DNA of 64,000 nt from Leucoraja erinacea (Eukaryota), in NCBI RefSeq assembly GCF_028641065.1, contig NC_073378.1:75888001-75952000 (forward strand). Direction: 5' to 3'. The first letter of the stretch is position 1. Every line of letters starts with the position of its first letter. Position numbers and translations under genes: made by a program. Shown piece after piece: positions 13,656 through 26,146 of the stretch. The notes under the pieces were generated by a model. The model did not search any database, was not told the origin of the DNA, and worked only from the letters and a program-made list of their open reading frames with translations.

Positions 13656-13773
13656 GGTCTTTCTGAAACCAGGGTGTAAATATGGGGATCTGTGAGTTTC
13701 AAGTTTATAATTGGTCTTTCTGAAACCAGGGTGTAAATATGGGGAACCGTGAGTTTGAAGTTTATATTTGGTC
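13656..13773. repeat. Tandem duplication, 57-bp unit x2
   Basis: ggtctttctgaaaccagggtgtaaatatgggga..gtgagttt.aagtttata begins at 13656 and again at 13713. Confidence 0.9.
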
Positions 13774-13899
13774 AAGAACCTATCTCCAGAGGTAGAGACA
13801 GAATAATTCAAAAAAAAGTATGAGAGCATGGTAGAAAATGGCAGCCAAGGAAATTACATCTTTAATTTTTAAATGCATGCAGGAAGCAGCTCCAAAATA

Positions 13900-13971
13900 C
13901 AGTGCCCTCCATAATGTTTGAGAAGAAGACCCATCATTTATTTATTTGCATCTGTACTCCACAATTTGAGA
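13900..13971 (+). mobile_element. Isolated Tc1 TIR fragment (same family as 23251-24579)
   Basis: ta|cagtgccctccataatgtttgag...tgtactccacaatttgaga. Confidence 0.8.
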
Positions 13972-14139
13972 CTTGCTTGGGACATATTCTAGTCGATATC
14001 GCTCAGTGCATCCTGCAGCATGGCCTCTGTATGGTCAGACCACTGCTTTATGTCCCTCGTCCCAGCTGCTTCCCTTACTATCCGTTGTTTATACTCCGGC
14101 TGCAGGAAAATGGCAGCATGGTCAGATTAGGAAAATCCT

Positions 14140-14292
14140 TCCTTTAGGAAAGAGGGAAACGGCCTTGTAGCCTTTCCTGAATGGGGTGTAGCAGTGGTCC
14201 AAAATTCTTTCCCCTCTGGTGACACAAGTGGTGTGTTGGCAGAAGGTAGGCATGACCTTTTTGAGATTTGCCTTATTAAAATCTCCAGTTCT
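14140..14292 (-). mobile_element. Rex1/Babar-like LINE endonuclease fragment
   Basis: GDFNKANLKKVMP...TRGERILDHCYT (APE motifs GDFN and LDH). Confidence 0.7.
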
Positions 14293-14294
14293 AT

Positions 14295-16770
14295 CTTGAT
14301 AGAAGTATATAAAATTATGAGAGGCATAGATAGGATGGACAGTCAGAACATAATTCCCATATTGGAAATGTCCAACACTAGCGGGCATAACTATAGGTGA
14401 GATTGGGAAAGTTTGATAGAGAAGTACAGGAAAATTGATTTTACATAGAGAGTGGTGGGGGGCTGGAATGCATTGCCAGTGGTGGTTGTGGAGGCAAGTA
14501 TGATGGTGGCATTTAAGAGACTTTTAGATAGGAACATGGAAGTGCAGAGAATAGAAGAATATGGATCATTTACAGACAGAAGAGATCAGTATAAGTATCA
14601 CGTTCAGCACAAACATTGTGGACTGAAGGGCCCATTCCTGACTGGTACTGTTCTATGGTCTATCTCAGTTTTTTTAACACAAATGAGCGAATCTCCACAA
14701 TTCTCTGGGATAAAACTTTTCAAAGAATCACCATGCACTATGTGAGGAAATTTCAGTCCTAAATGTCTAATCCTTCACTTATGACTGTAACCACTATTAC
14801 CATTATTTGATGTCAGAGCCACATCACCTGGTCCAGGTCAGATGCATCTCCCTGGCCCTACACTCACTCCTGCAACATCTGTATTTAAGGTTGAAAATTT
14901 GATCAGAAAGAAAAAAGAACTATATGTAAGGTTCAGAATTCATTCATTCATTCATCATCGTTGAAAACATTAACGATTCAGAAGGATTAAATCAGACAGG
15001 GCCTTTGAAGAATATAAATAAAGCTGGGAAGAAATTGAGCAGGGCAATAGGATGGTCACAAGAGGCCATGAAATATCGTTGGCAATTTGGATTAAAGAGA
15101 ATCTTGGAGTAAGAGGATTTAGGCGTGGTATTAATGAGTACTTTCAGCGCCAGGATTCATCACGGGTAAGGACATGGAAGATCGTGAGATCAGTGTGGGG
15201 AATACTAATGAGTAAGAGGTTTTTACAGATAAAGGAATGGGTAATAGGTATCTTGAAGGGAATTAATATGGATAATCTCCCAGGACCTAACAATATCTAT
15301 CCCAGGTTATTGAGAGAGGCAAGAGAGATTGCTGGGGCTTTGACAAAGATCTTGTATCTTCTCTAACCAGGCCAAGGTCATGGAGAGCTGGAGAGTAACC
15401 AAATTTGGTTCTTTGTTCAAGAGCGGAAATAGGTGTAATGCAGGAAATTACAGGCCGCTGAACCTCACATCAGGGGTAGGGAAGCCACTGGTATTTAGAA
15501 GGATGCAAGGGGATCTTATAGAAACATATAAAATTCTTAAGGGATCGGACAAGCTAAATGCAGGAAACATTTTCCTGATGTTGGGGGAGTCCAGAACCAG
15601 GGGCCACAGTTTAAGAATAAAGGGTAGGCCCAGATAGATGTGAATTTATGGAATTCTCTGCCTCAGAAGGAAGTGGAGGCCGATTCACTGGATAAATTCA
15701 AAAGAGAGTTAGACAGAGTTATTAGGGCTAGAGGAATCAAGGGATATGGGGAGAAGGCAGGAACAGGGTACTGATTGTGGATGATCAGCCATGATCACAT
15801 TGAATGGTGGTGCCTGCTCGAAGGGCCAAATGGCCTACTCCTGCACCTATCTTCTGTGTTTCTATAAGATGATTCGTTCGGAGAGGATTTACTCAAATAT
15901 GAACGAAAATGGCCTAATTGGGGTTTTGTCCGCGACAGGTCATGTCTTGCTGAGTTTTCTGAGGAAGTGACAAAATTTGACGAAGGTAGGGCAGTAGAAA
16001 ATAAAGGGAAAGTATATAGTTTATGGCAGAACCCTTAACAGCACTGATGTAAAAGTAGATAGTGGTACAGAATGCAGACGGTATATTTGCCTTTGTCAGT
16101 TAGGATATTGAAGAAAAAAATCAGCAAGACATCTTGCAGCCTTATAAAATTTTGGGTGTACACAAAAATGCTGGAGAAACTCAGCGGGTGCAGCAGCATC
16201 TATGGAGCGAAGGAAATAGGCAACGTTTCGGGCCGAAACCCTTCTTCAGACTGAGATTTTGGTTAGGCCACATTTGGAATATTATGTACAGATACGGTCA
16301 CACCATTATAGGATGAGGGTGGCTTTGGAGAGATTGCATAAGCGATTTGCCAAGATGCTACCTGGATTAGAGGGTATTAGCTATATGCAAAGATTGGATT
16401 GTCCTCTTTGGAATGTCGGGTTCTGTGTGGTGACCTGATGAAAGAACTAATTTTATAAAATTAGGTTTATTGGAATGAATATGGCGCCTGTCGGAACCTA
16501 CTCTCTGGGGTTTAAATGTCAAAGGCTAGAGCACATATCATTTTAAGGTATGAGGGGCAAAATTTAGATGAAGTGCAAGCAAGTTCTTTTACACAGAGAA
16601 TGGTGTGTGCCTGGAACATGCTACCAGGGATGGTGATGGAAGCAGAAATGGCATTCAGAGGCTTTGGGACAGGCACATAAATATGCAGGAAATGGAGGAA
16701 TATGGATCATGTGCAGGCAGAATGGATTAGTTTAATTTGACATCATGTTGGTGCCTGTAGTTGTGTTTAA
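14295..16770 (+). mobile_element. Cluster of degenerate CR1 fragments
   Basis: [48 protein letters not shown]; several CR1 3' UTR ends. Confidence 0.8.
16156..16254 (-). mobile_element. Solo Penelope terminus with intact minimal hammerhead core, inserted in CR1
   Basis: Minus strand cagtCTGAAGAaGGGTttcgGCCCGAAACGTTgcc at 16219-16253; attttgg on both flanks. Confidence 0.85.
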
Positions 16771-16779
16771 TGTTTTAAG

Positions 16780-17660
16780 TAAGGACACTGACATCAGACT
16801 ATTTATTAACTATCACCCTGTCTTCAACACCATCATTCCAACCAAATTTACCTCCAAACACTTAGATTTTGGAGTCACCACCTTCCCCCTGCAACTGGAA
16901 CTGCAATTCCTGAAAATACAGACCACAATCAATAAGGATAGGCGATAAAACATCCTCTACAATAACTCAACACCGGTGACTCACAAGATGCCTACTCAGC
17001 TCCACTATACTCCCTGTACACTCGTGACTGTGGCCACATTCAACTCTAATTCCATTTTCAGATGACACCACAGTTGCGGGACAGATCTCAAACAACGAGA
17101 TGAAGTTCAGGAAGAAGATAGAGAACTTAGTAGCTTGGTGTCAAAACAACCACCCCTCTCCCTCAACATCAACAACATTTTGGAGCTTGGCATCAACTTT
17201 TGGAAGTAGACGTCTCTGTCTGGAGCAGCAGTGATGATCAGGAGCTTTAACTGCCTCAGTGTAAATATCACCAAGAATTAGTCCACTCACAAAAACACTA
17301 TGGCTAAGCAAACACACTACCTCGTCAGAAAGCTGAGGAAATTCAGCATGTCTCCAATTAATTGTGCCAATTTCCACAGAGCCACCAATGAAAGCATCCA
17401 ATTTGAATGCATCACAACTTGGTTTAACAACTGCTCTTCCCAAGACCACAAGCACTGTAGGAAGTTGTGAACGCAGCCCAGCCCATCATGCAATCCAGCC
17501 ACATGATCGTCAACTCCATCTACACTTCACACTACCTCAGAAAAACAGCCAACATAATCAAGATCTACTTACATCTCAATCATTTGCTTTTCTCCCATCT
17601 CCTGGTGGGCAGAAGCTTCAAAAGCTTGAAAGCAAATACCAATATATCCAAAAAAAGTTT
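16780..17660 (+). mobile_element. Degenerate Rex1/Babar-like LINE RT and 3' region
   Basis: RLFINYHPVFNTIIPTK, cctactcagctccactatactccctgtacac (LSPLLYSLYT-like), gatgacaccac (DDT). Confidence 0.7.
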
Positions 17661-19119
17661 TTTTGAAGCATCTTTGCATACTCACCACTTCCCACATTCT
17701 CTTAGTTTCATGTCACCTGCACTTGCAAATATTATACTTAGTTCCTTTAGTGAAATTGTTAATATAGAACGTGAAAAGATGTCTGAAGAAGTGTCTCGAC
17801 CCGAAACATCACCCATTCAACGAAGCAGGAGCAGATCGCCTCGGCTGTGGGAGTCACGATCATCCCGTCAACGGAGGGCTCGAGGCCGCCGACCGCGGGG
17901 GAGCAAAGGGAAGAGATTGAACTTTTTTTCGCCTTCCATCACAGAGAGGAATGTGGAGGAGTCTCTGTGATGGATGTTTATGTTAAAATGTGTTTTGTCT
18001 GTTCCGTTGCTTTTTATTTGTATGACTGACTTGGCAAGTTAAATTCCTCGTATGTTGCAAAACATACTTGGCAAATAAAGTATTATTGTGATTGTGATGT
18101 GAAAAGGTGCCAACAAAAACGACTCTAATCCATCTACCTCAGTGATCATGAGCTTTGAACTTGCCCAATCTACTGAGGATCTCTGCTAAAGCCAATCAAT
18201 TAAAAAATATATAGCAGGAAACAAAAAGCAGAGATTATATATTTTACCATTAGAACGAGTGAAGATAACATATCTCTTAAAAATAATTTCTATTCTTTTA
18301 AAATTATGGAAATTTAAAATGTTATCTGAATGGCTATCTCCATAATCACAAAATTGCATTTTACAAGGCTACACGGCGTACAAACAGAATAACTTGGAAC
18401 ACCATACATGCGCTTTTATTCAACAATATCTATTTCAAGAATAGTGTGACCTAGTTCATAGTTCAAGTTGTAGTTCAAGTGAAAATCAATAACTATATAC
18501 GGAGTATTCAACAAAGACTGAAACCTCATGCCCTTCAGAGCAGCAGGGAACCACTGACAGCAACACCTAGGTTGCTTTTACACATGGGTGGCATTAAGTG
18601 GTAACACCTTTGTCATCATTGCAATTGTAACTGCCAGGTCATTAATTAATCAACGCATATAATTTGTGGAGTATAAAAAAATGAAATTCAAGGTCAAACA
18701 TACTGGGCTCAATTCATCAAAACTGATTAATTAATCAACTGGGCAGGCATTTTTTACTTTTACACAGGATTTTGTACTAAATTCCATGAAATTCTACTAC
18801 ATGCAATGCAATCTGCAGCCAATGTATTATGAAGTTTGCATATTAAGTTTCAACGCTGGTGTATATCATTGTAGAGGCAATGTCGTGGCAAATGGGATCT
18901 CAGGGAGGAATGAAAGTCAAGAAAAGAATAAAGAGGTTTAGCGAAATCCCAAAAGGTTAATGATATTTCGTCATGAAGGACATTAAAGATGGAAAATGTT
19001 ACTTAAGCTTTAAAGGAATCAAAGGATGTGTCACTAAAATGGGCCAGAAGAGGATCAGCCATGATTTTATTTAATGGTGACACGGGACAGCTTTGGTTAG
19101 CAATTGTATGTTTTATTTT

Positions 19120-19244
19120 CAAGAAGGAACTGCAGATGCTGGAAAATCAAAGGTAGACAAAAATGCTGGAGAAACTCAGCGGGTGCGGCAGTATCTATGG
19201 AGCAAAGGAAATAGGCAACGTTTCGGGCCAAAACCCTTCTTCAG
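19120..19244 (-). mobile_element. Solo Penelope terminus with hammerhead core and 14-bp TSD
   Basis: TSD gtatgttttatttt at 19106-19119 and 19245-19258; the element begins exactly at CTGAAGA on the minus strand. Confidence 0.9.
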
Positions 19245-19388
19245 GTATGTTTTATTTTGATGTAAAAACCTATTTTGAGAGAATCCAAGCAATAACAAAC
19301 CATGTATTAATCAATAGTGAACCCATTGAATAATTGTTTATTGTTGCTGAATAATTACCTTTTTGCCCCATAATGTAATTGCACTTAC

Positions 19389-19511
19389 CATGCAGTTCAT
19401 TGCAAAGTGATTGTGTTGTGTCTGAAGTTCCACAGCATGTTGATGAGTAGCTCCAATCTCTGTATAGCTATTCAAGAAGAGCCCTTTGTTGTGAGAAATC
19501 CAATCAAACAT
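19389..19511 (-). CDS. trio: Trio exon 6-equivalent (123 nt), spectrin repeat
   Basis: Translated by hand: MFDWISHNKGLFLNSYTEIGATHQHAVELQTQHNHFAMNCM; ttattgcag| and |gtaagt; phase 0/0. Confidence 0.97.
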
Positions 19512-19916
19512 CTGCAATAAAAAGAGATTTATTAAACACTTTGAATCTCAATCAGCTTTATGAAACAATTCATTGTGATTGAATTAATTATTTCATTTTA
19601 TTACACACCTGTGATCAAAAATAAAAAAGGTAAAGCATGCAGTACACAGTGGTTGAAGTTAACACACACTACACCTCCTATCAGCTTTATTTGGTCCTCT
19701 AAAAATAGAAGTATGAAATGTTTCTTGTTTCTATTGAAACATGTAATTCCACCATGGAGCTGCAGAAATCAATCAACCATTTGAACATTTAAAGATATAC
19801 CAGCATCTCGCAAACAGTTTTTAAAAAGCATACCTCTTTATTAAATACATAGAAAGAATTGGTGATACAACGTATTTGCCATTGAATCGATGGCAAAACT
19901 AAGTACATTAAATTCA

Positions 19917-21722
19917 TATAACCATATAACCATATAACAATTACAGCACGGAAACAGGCCATCTCGGCCCTACAAGTCCGTGCCGAACAAATTTTTTTCC
20001 CCTTAGTCCCACCTGCCTGCACTCATACCATAACCCTCCATTCCCTTCTCATCCATATGCCTATCCAATTTATTTTTAAATGATACCAATGAACCTGCCT
20101 CCACCACTTGCACTGGGAGCTCATTCCACACAGCTACCACTCTCTGCGTAAAGATGTTCCCCCTCATATTACCCCTAAACTTCTGTCTATCCCTCTCATC
20201 ATTTTAAAGACCTCTATCAGGTCCCCCCTTAACCTTCTGCGCTCCAGAGAATAAAGACCTAACTTATTCAACCTATCTCTGTAACTTAGTTGTTGAAACC
20301 CGGGCAACATTCTAGTAAATCTCCTCTGTACTCTCTCTATTTTGTTGACATCCTTCCTATAATTGGGCGACCAAAATTGTACACCATACTCCAGATTTGG
20401 TCTCACCAATGCCTTGTACAATTTTAACATTACATCCCAGCTTCTATACTCAATGCTCTGATTTATAAAGGCTAGCATACCAAAAGCTTTCTTTACCACC
20501 CTATCTATATGAGATTCCACCTTCAAGGAACTATGCACGGTTATACCCAGATCCCTCTGTTCAACTGTATTCTTCAATTCCCTACCATTTACCATGTACG
20601 TCCTATTTTGATTTGTCCTGCCAAGGTGTAGCACCTCACATTTATCAGCATTAAACTCCATCTGCCATCTTTCAGCCCATTTTTTCAAATGGCCTAAATC
20701 ACTTTGTAGACTTTGGAAATCCTCTTCATTATCCACAACACCTGGTATCATCTGCATACTTACTAATCCAATTTACCACACCATCATCCAGATCATTGAT
20801 GTACATGACAAACAACAAAGGACCCAACACAGATCCCTGAGGCACCCCACTAGTCACCTGCCTCCAACCCGATAAACAGCCATCCACCATTACCCTCTGG
20901 CTTCTCCCATTCAGCCACTGTTGAATCCATCTTGCTATTCCTGCATTTATACCCAACAGTTGAACCTTCTTAACCAACCTTCCATGAGGAACCTTGTCAA
21001 AGGCCTTACTAAAGTCCATATAGACAACATCCACTGCTTCACCCTCGTCAATTTCCCTGGTAACCTCTTCAAAAAATTCAAGAAGATTAGTCAAACATGA
21101 CCTTCCAGGCACAAATCCATGTTGACTGTTCCTAATCAGACCCTGTTTATCTAGATGCTTATATATATTATCTCTAAGTATCTTTTCCATTAATTTGCCC
21201 ACCACTGAAGTCAAACTAACAGGTCTATAATTGCTAGGTTTACTCTTAGAACCCCTTTTAAACAATGGAACAACATGCGCAGTACGCCAATCCTCGGGGA
21301 CTATTCCCGTTTCTAATGACATTTGAAATATTTCTGTCATAGCCCCGGCTATTTCTACACTAACTTCCCTCAATGTCCTAGGGAATATCCTGTCAGGACC
21401 TGGAGACTTATCCACTTTTATATTTTTCAAAAGTGTCAGTACTTCTTTTACTTTGAACCTCATAGTATCCATAGCTACTCTACTAGTTTCCCTTACCTCA
21501 CATAATTCAATATCCTTCTCCTTGGTGAATACCGAAGAAAAAAAATTGTTCAATATCTCCCCATCTCTTTTGGCTCTGCAGATAGCTGTCCACTCTGTCT
21601 TTCCAATGGACCAATTTTATCCCTCGTTATCCTTTTGCTATTAATATAGCTGTAGAAACCCTTTTGATTTACTTTCACCTTACTTGCCAAAGCAACCTCA
21701 TATCTTCTTTTAGCTTTTCTAA
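19917..21722 (-). mobile_element. CR1-clade LINE (young), RT domain to 3' tail, 5'-truncated, with small deletions
   Basis: KSPGPD, NYRPVSLTS, QHGF, DFSKAFDKVPH, GVPQGSVLGP, YADD; (ATATGGTT)n tail; same subfamily as 1367-1874. Confidence 0.96.
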
Positions 21723-22029
21723 CATGCAAAACATTACTTGTTTAGACAGATAACAAATAAGAAAATAACCACTGCAAATTCTTATAAGTGCATCTGCTGC
21801 TATTCTTAACCATTAGGCAGTCACTGCAATTATACAGTACAATGACAATCTCTTAGAACATGTGGTGAAGCATTCTGGGAAGTCAAATAGGGGCAGGCCA
21901 CATACATTATTGGCGCTAAGGAATGGTGATGACGAGATAAAAGTAAAGGTCCAAGTTCATTTTAAAATTTCCTGAAAGTATTAAAAAAAGTCACCAGAAT
22001 GGTTAAGAAGGCATATGGAAAACATGCCT

Positions 22030-23095
22030 TCATAGCTGGGGCTTGACTTGGCCTCCACAGCCTTCTGTGACAAAGAATTCCACAGATTCACCACCCTCTG
22101 ACTAAAGAAATTTCTCACCTCCTTCCTAAAAGAACATCCTTTAATTCTGAGGCTATGACCTCTTGTCCTAAACTCTCCCACTAATGGAACCATCCTCTCC
22201 AAATCCACTCTATCCAAGCCTTTCAATATTCTGTATGTTTCAATGAAGTCCCCCCTCATTCTTCTAAACTCCAGCAAGTACAGGCCCAGTGCTGACAAAC
22301 GCTCATCATAGGTTAACCTACTCATTCCTGGAATCACTCTTTGTAAACTTCCGCTGGACCCTCACCGGAGCCAGCATATCCTTCCTCAGATATGATGTCC
22401 AAAATTGCTCATGATATTCCAAATGGGGGCTTACCAGTGCCTTAGAGCCTCAACATTACATCCCTGTTTTTCTGTACAAGCCCTCTTGAAATAAATGTTT
22501 GTTTTCTTTACTACCTATTCGACCTGCAGATTAACATTTTGGGAATCCTGCACCAGCACTTCCTTTGCACCTCCAATTTCTGGATTCTCTCCCCATTTAG
22601 GAAATAGTCTACGCCTTTATTCCTACTACCAAAATGCATGACTCCACACTTTGCTACACTATATTCCATCTGCCACTTCTCTGCCCACTCTCACAACCTG
22701 CCCAAGTCCTTCTGCTGAGTCCCTGCTTTCTCTACACCACCTGCCCTAACACCTATTGTAGTATCATCCGCAAACCTGGCCACAAAGCCTTTAATCTCCT
22801 CATCCAAATCATTAATATACAACGTGAAGAGTAGCGGCCCCAGCACCGACCCCTTCAGAACCACTAGTCGCTGGCCGTCAACAAGAAAAAGCCCCCTTTA
22901 TTGCCACTCTTTGTCATCTGCCATCCAGCCAACCTGCCAACCTGCTATCCATGCTAGTATCTTCCCTTTGATACCGTGGGTTCTCATCTTAATTAGAAGC
23001 CTCAAGTGTGTCACCTTATCAAAGGCTTTCAGAAAATCTATGTAAAGGTCATCTACTGACTGTTCTTTGTCTGATCTGTTATTTACTTCTTAAAA
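22030..23095 (-). mobile_element. Degenerate CR1 fragment
   Basis: MIPGMSRLTYDERLSALGLYLLEFRRMRGDFIETYRILKG...FFSQRVVNLWNSL. Confidence 0.88.
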
Positions 23096-23250
23096 AAAAA
23101 CATGGCAATTAATCAGCAACAAACAAAGAGGGCATGGGCTTAAGCCGAGAGGAAGGAATATTAAATAGAATTAGAGAGGCAAGTTTTGTATTTACACATA
23201 GATATCTTGATATCTTGAACATGTTGCATGAGGTGGTGGTGAAACCAATA

Positions 23251-24579
23251 CAGTGCCCGCATAATGTTTGGGACAAAGACCCATAATTTATTTATTTGCC
23301 ATTGTACTCCACAATTTGAGATATGTAATAGAAAAAAATCACATGTGGTTAAAGTGCATTGTCAGATTTTATTAAAGGGTATTTTTATACATTTTGATTT
23401 CACCATGTAGAGATTACAGCTGTGTATATGCATAGTCCCCCCATTTCATAATGTTTGAGACACATGGCTGCACGGGTGTTTGTAATTGCTCATGGGTGTT
23501 TAAATGCCTCCTTAATGCAGATATCAGAGAGGTCTCAACACCTAGTCTCAGCATCTAGTCAGAAACACTCTTCAGGAGTCAGGTGTGGATTTGGCAATGA
23601 CCACTGTCCGCAAAAGACTTCATCAACAGAAATACTGAGGCTACACTGCAAGATGCAAACCACTGGTTAGCCGCAAAAATAGGATGGTCAGGTTACGGTT
23701 TGCCAAGAAGTACTTAAAAGAGCAACCACAGTTCTGGAAAAAGGTCTTGAATTGTGGACAGATGAGAAGAAGATTAACATATCAGAGTGATGGAGGAGAG
23801 AAGGAACTGCCCAAGATCCAAAGCATACCACCTCATCTGTGAAACAAGATGGTGGGGGTGTTATGGCCTGGGCATGTATGGCTGCTGAAGGTCCTGGCTC
23901 ACTTAACTTCATTGATGATACAACTGCTGATGGTAGTAGCATAATGAATTCTGAAGTCTATAGGCACATCCTATCTGCTCGTACAAACAAATGCCTCAAA
24001 CCTCATTGTCGGTGGTTCAGTCTACAGCATACAATGATCCCAAACATACTGTTAAAGCAACAAAGGAATTTTTCAAAGCTAAAAGATAATCAATCTTAAA
24101 TGGCCAAGGTCAATCACCTGATGTGAACCCAATTGAGCATGCCTTTTATATGCTGGAGAGAAAACTGAAGGGGACTAGCCCCCAAAACAAGCATAAGCTA
24201 AAGATGGCTGCAATACAGGCCTGGCAGAGCATCACCAGAGAAGACACCCAGCAACTGGTGATGTCCATGAATCGCAGACTTCAAGCAGTCATTGCATGCA
24301 AAGGATATGCAACAAAATACTAAAAATGACTACTTTCATTTACATGACATGGCTGTGTCCCAAATATTATGGTGCCCTGAAATGGGGGAACCATGTATAA
24401 ACACTGCTGTAATTTCTACATGGTGAAACCAATATGTATAAAAATGGCCTTTATTAAAATCTGACAATGTGCACTTCAACTACAAGTGAATTTTTTTCTA
24501 TAACAAATCACAAATTGTGGAGTACAGAGGCAAATAAATAAATGATGGGTCTTTATCCCAAACATTATGGAGGGCATTG
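23251..24579 (+). mobile_element. Tc1-family DNA transposon (long IR/DR TIRs), defective transposase
   Basis: TA|cagtgccc...gggcattg|TA; TIRs of about 220 bp with outer and inner repeat cataatgtttg.gaca; fragments LWTDEKKIN, VKQDGGGVMAWACM, NPIEHAF, LVMSMNRRLQAVIACKGYATKY*; frameshifted and deleted. Confidence 0.93.
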
Positions 24580-24734
24580 TACATTTTGAGGTTTAAGAGC
24601 CATTTAAACAGACATTCAAAATAGGTAAGGAATAAAAGGATACAATCTAATGCAGGCAAACAGGATTAGTGTGCATGGGCAAAAAGATCAGCATGGACTG
24701 GTGGGCTGATGAGACTGTTTCTGTGTGTACAACT

Positions 24735-25360
24735 CTCATTGAATCATACGTTAACCCATGAATGAATGGGTTAACATATGCTGAGTGTTTGACGGCACTG
24801 GGCCTATACTCGCTGGAGTTTAGAAGGATGAGGGCGGATCTCGTTAAAACATACCGAATAGTGAAAGGCCTGAATAGAGGGGATGTCGAGAAGATGTTTG
24901 AATTTATCGTCTACCACCAGAGAAGATAGTTGTACCAGGTACTAAAACAACATTTAACAGACCATGTCATAGGAGCAGAATCTATTCCTTGGAGGGCAGG
25001 AGGCTGAGCGGTGATCTTACAGAGGTGTATAAAATCATGAGGAATAGATAGGGTAGTTGCACAGACTAGGGTATTCGAGATCCATAGGTTTAAGGTAAGG
25101 GGAGGAAAGAATTAATAGGAACCCGAGGGGTGACTTTGTCACTCAAAGGGTGGTGGGTGTATGGAATGAGCTGCTGGAGTAAGTAATTGCGACAAGGCTA
25201 TCACAATGTTTAAGAAACATTTGGACATATACATGAATAGGACATGTGATGTGGGTCAAACACAGACAGGTGGGACTAGTGTGGATGGGACAAGTTGGTC
25301 GGTGTGGGCAAGTTGAACCAAAGGGCCTGTTTGCACGCTGTAAGATTTTATGTCTCTGAT
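24735..25360 (+). mobile_element. Degenerate CR1 3' fragments
   Basis: ctatactcgctggagtttagaaggatgagg; gtgatcttacagaggtgtataaaatcatgagg; gggcctgttt tail. Confidence 0.75.
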
Positions 25361-25393
25361 TAGGGCATTTGGCACATCAAGTCTGCTCCCGCG

Positions 25394-26005
25394 GTAGACA
25401 CAAAGTGCTGGAGTAACTCAGCAGTTCTCAATTCCCCAACTCTGTGCATCTACCCGATCTATTCCTCTCAGCAGCAACATCTCTAGAGAAAAAGAATAGG
25501 TGACATTTCCAGATGGAACCCTTCTTCAGACAGTAACCTGCTGAGTTACTCCAGCATTTTGTGTCTATCTTCGGTATAAACCAGCCTGCAGTTCCTTCCC
25601 ACACATTGAGTCTGATCCACTTCCAGCTCTTAGACTAAAATTCAAATTGAACCAAATGTTTCTCCCCCATGCGTTAGGGTGAGTTTGACGAGTATTATCC
25701 GTGACAATGTCATTCTTCAACCCAATTTACAGCCTTTATTTGTGTACGACGATTCCCTGTGGGTAAGTTGAAACTTTACTTTTGTTTATTAATCTGCAGA
25801 GTACCAAGTCACAGATAGACAACATAAGATGGAGTAACTCAGCGGGCCGGGCCAGGTTGCAGCTCTGGAGAGAAGGAATAGGTGATGTTTTGGGTCGAGA
25901 CCCTTCTTATCCTTTTTTCCAGATATGCTGCCTGTCCCGCTGAGTTACTCCGGCTTTTGCTCTCTCCTCGTGGGTTTAAACCAGCATCTGCAATTCCTTC
26001 CCACA
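25394..26005. mobile_element. Two palindromic (inverted) Penelope-terminus units, about 25394-25605 and 25815-26005
   Basis: Each unit has gagtaactcagc...cccttctt followed by the opposite-orientation gctgagttactcc...aaaccagcatctgcagttccttcc. Confidence 0.75.
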
Positions 26006-26146
26006 TGCTTCAAGTCGCTGCAGGTGAGAATCGTAGCTTGTGTGTAAGCAAGTCGAGGCGGGTTACACTACAGGAGAGCCCGGTGTGGGGACTCGACCCA
26101 GTCGAGGGACAGCCGCTTCTTGCTCAGGCTTCAGGAAGCCAGTGCA

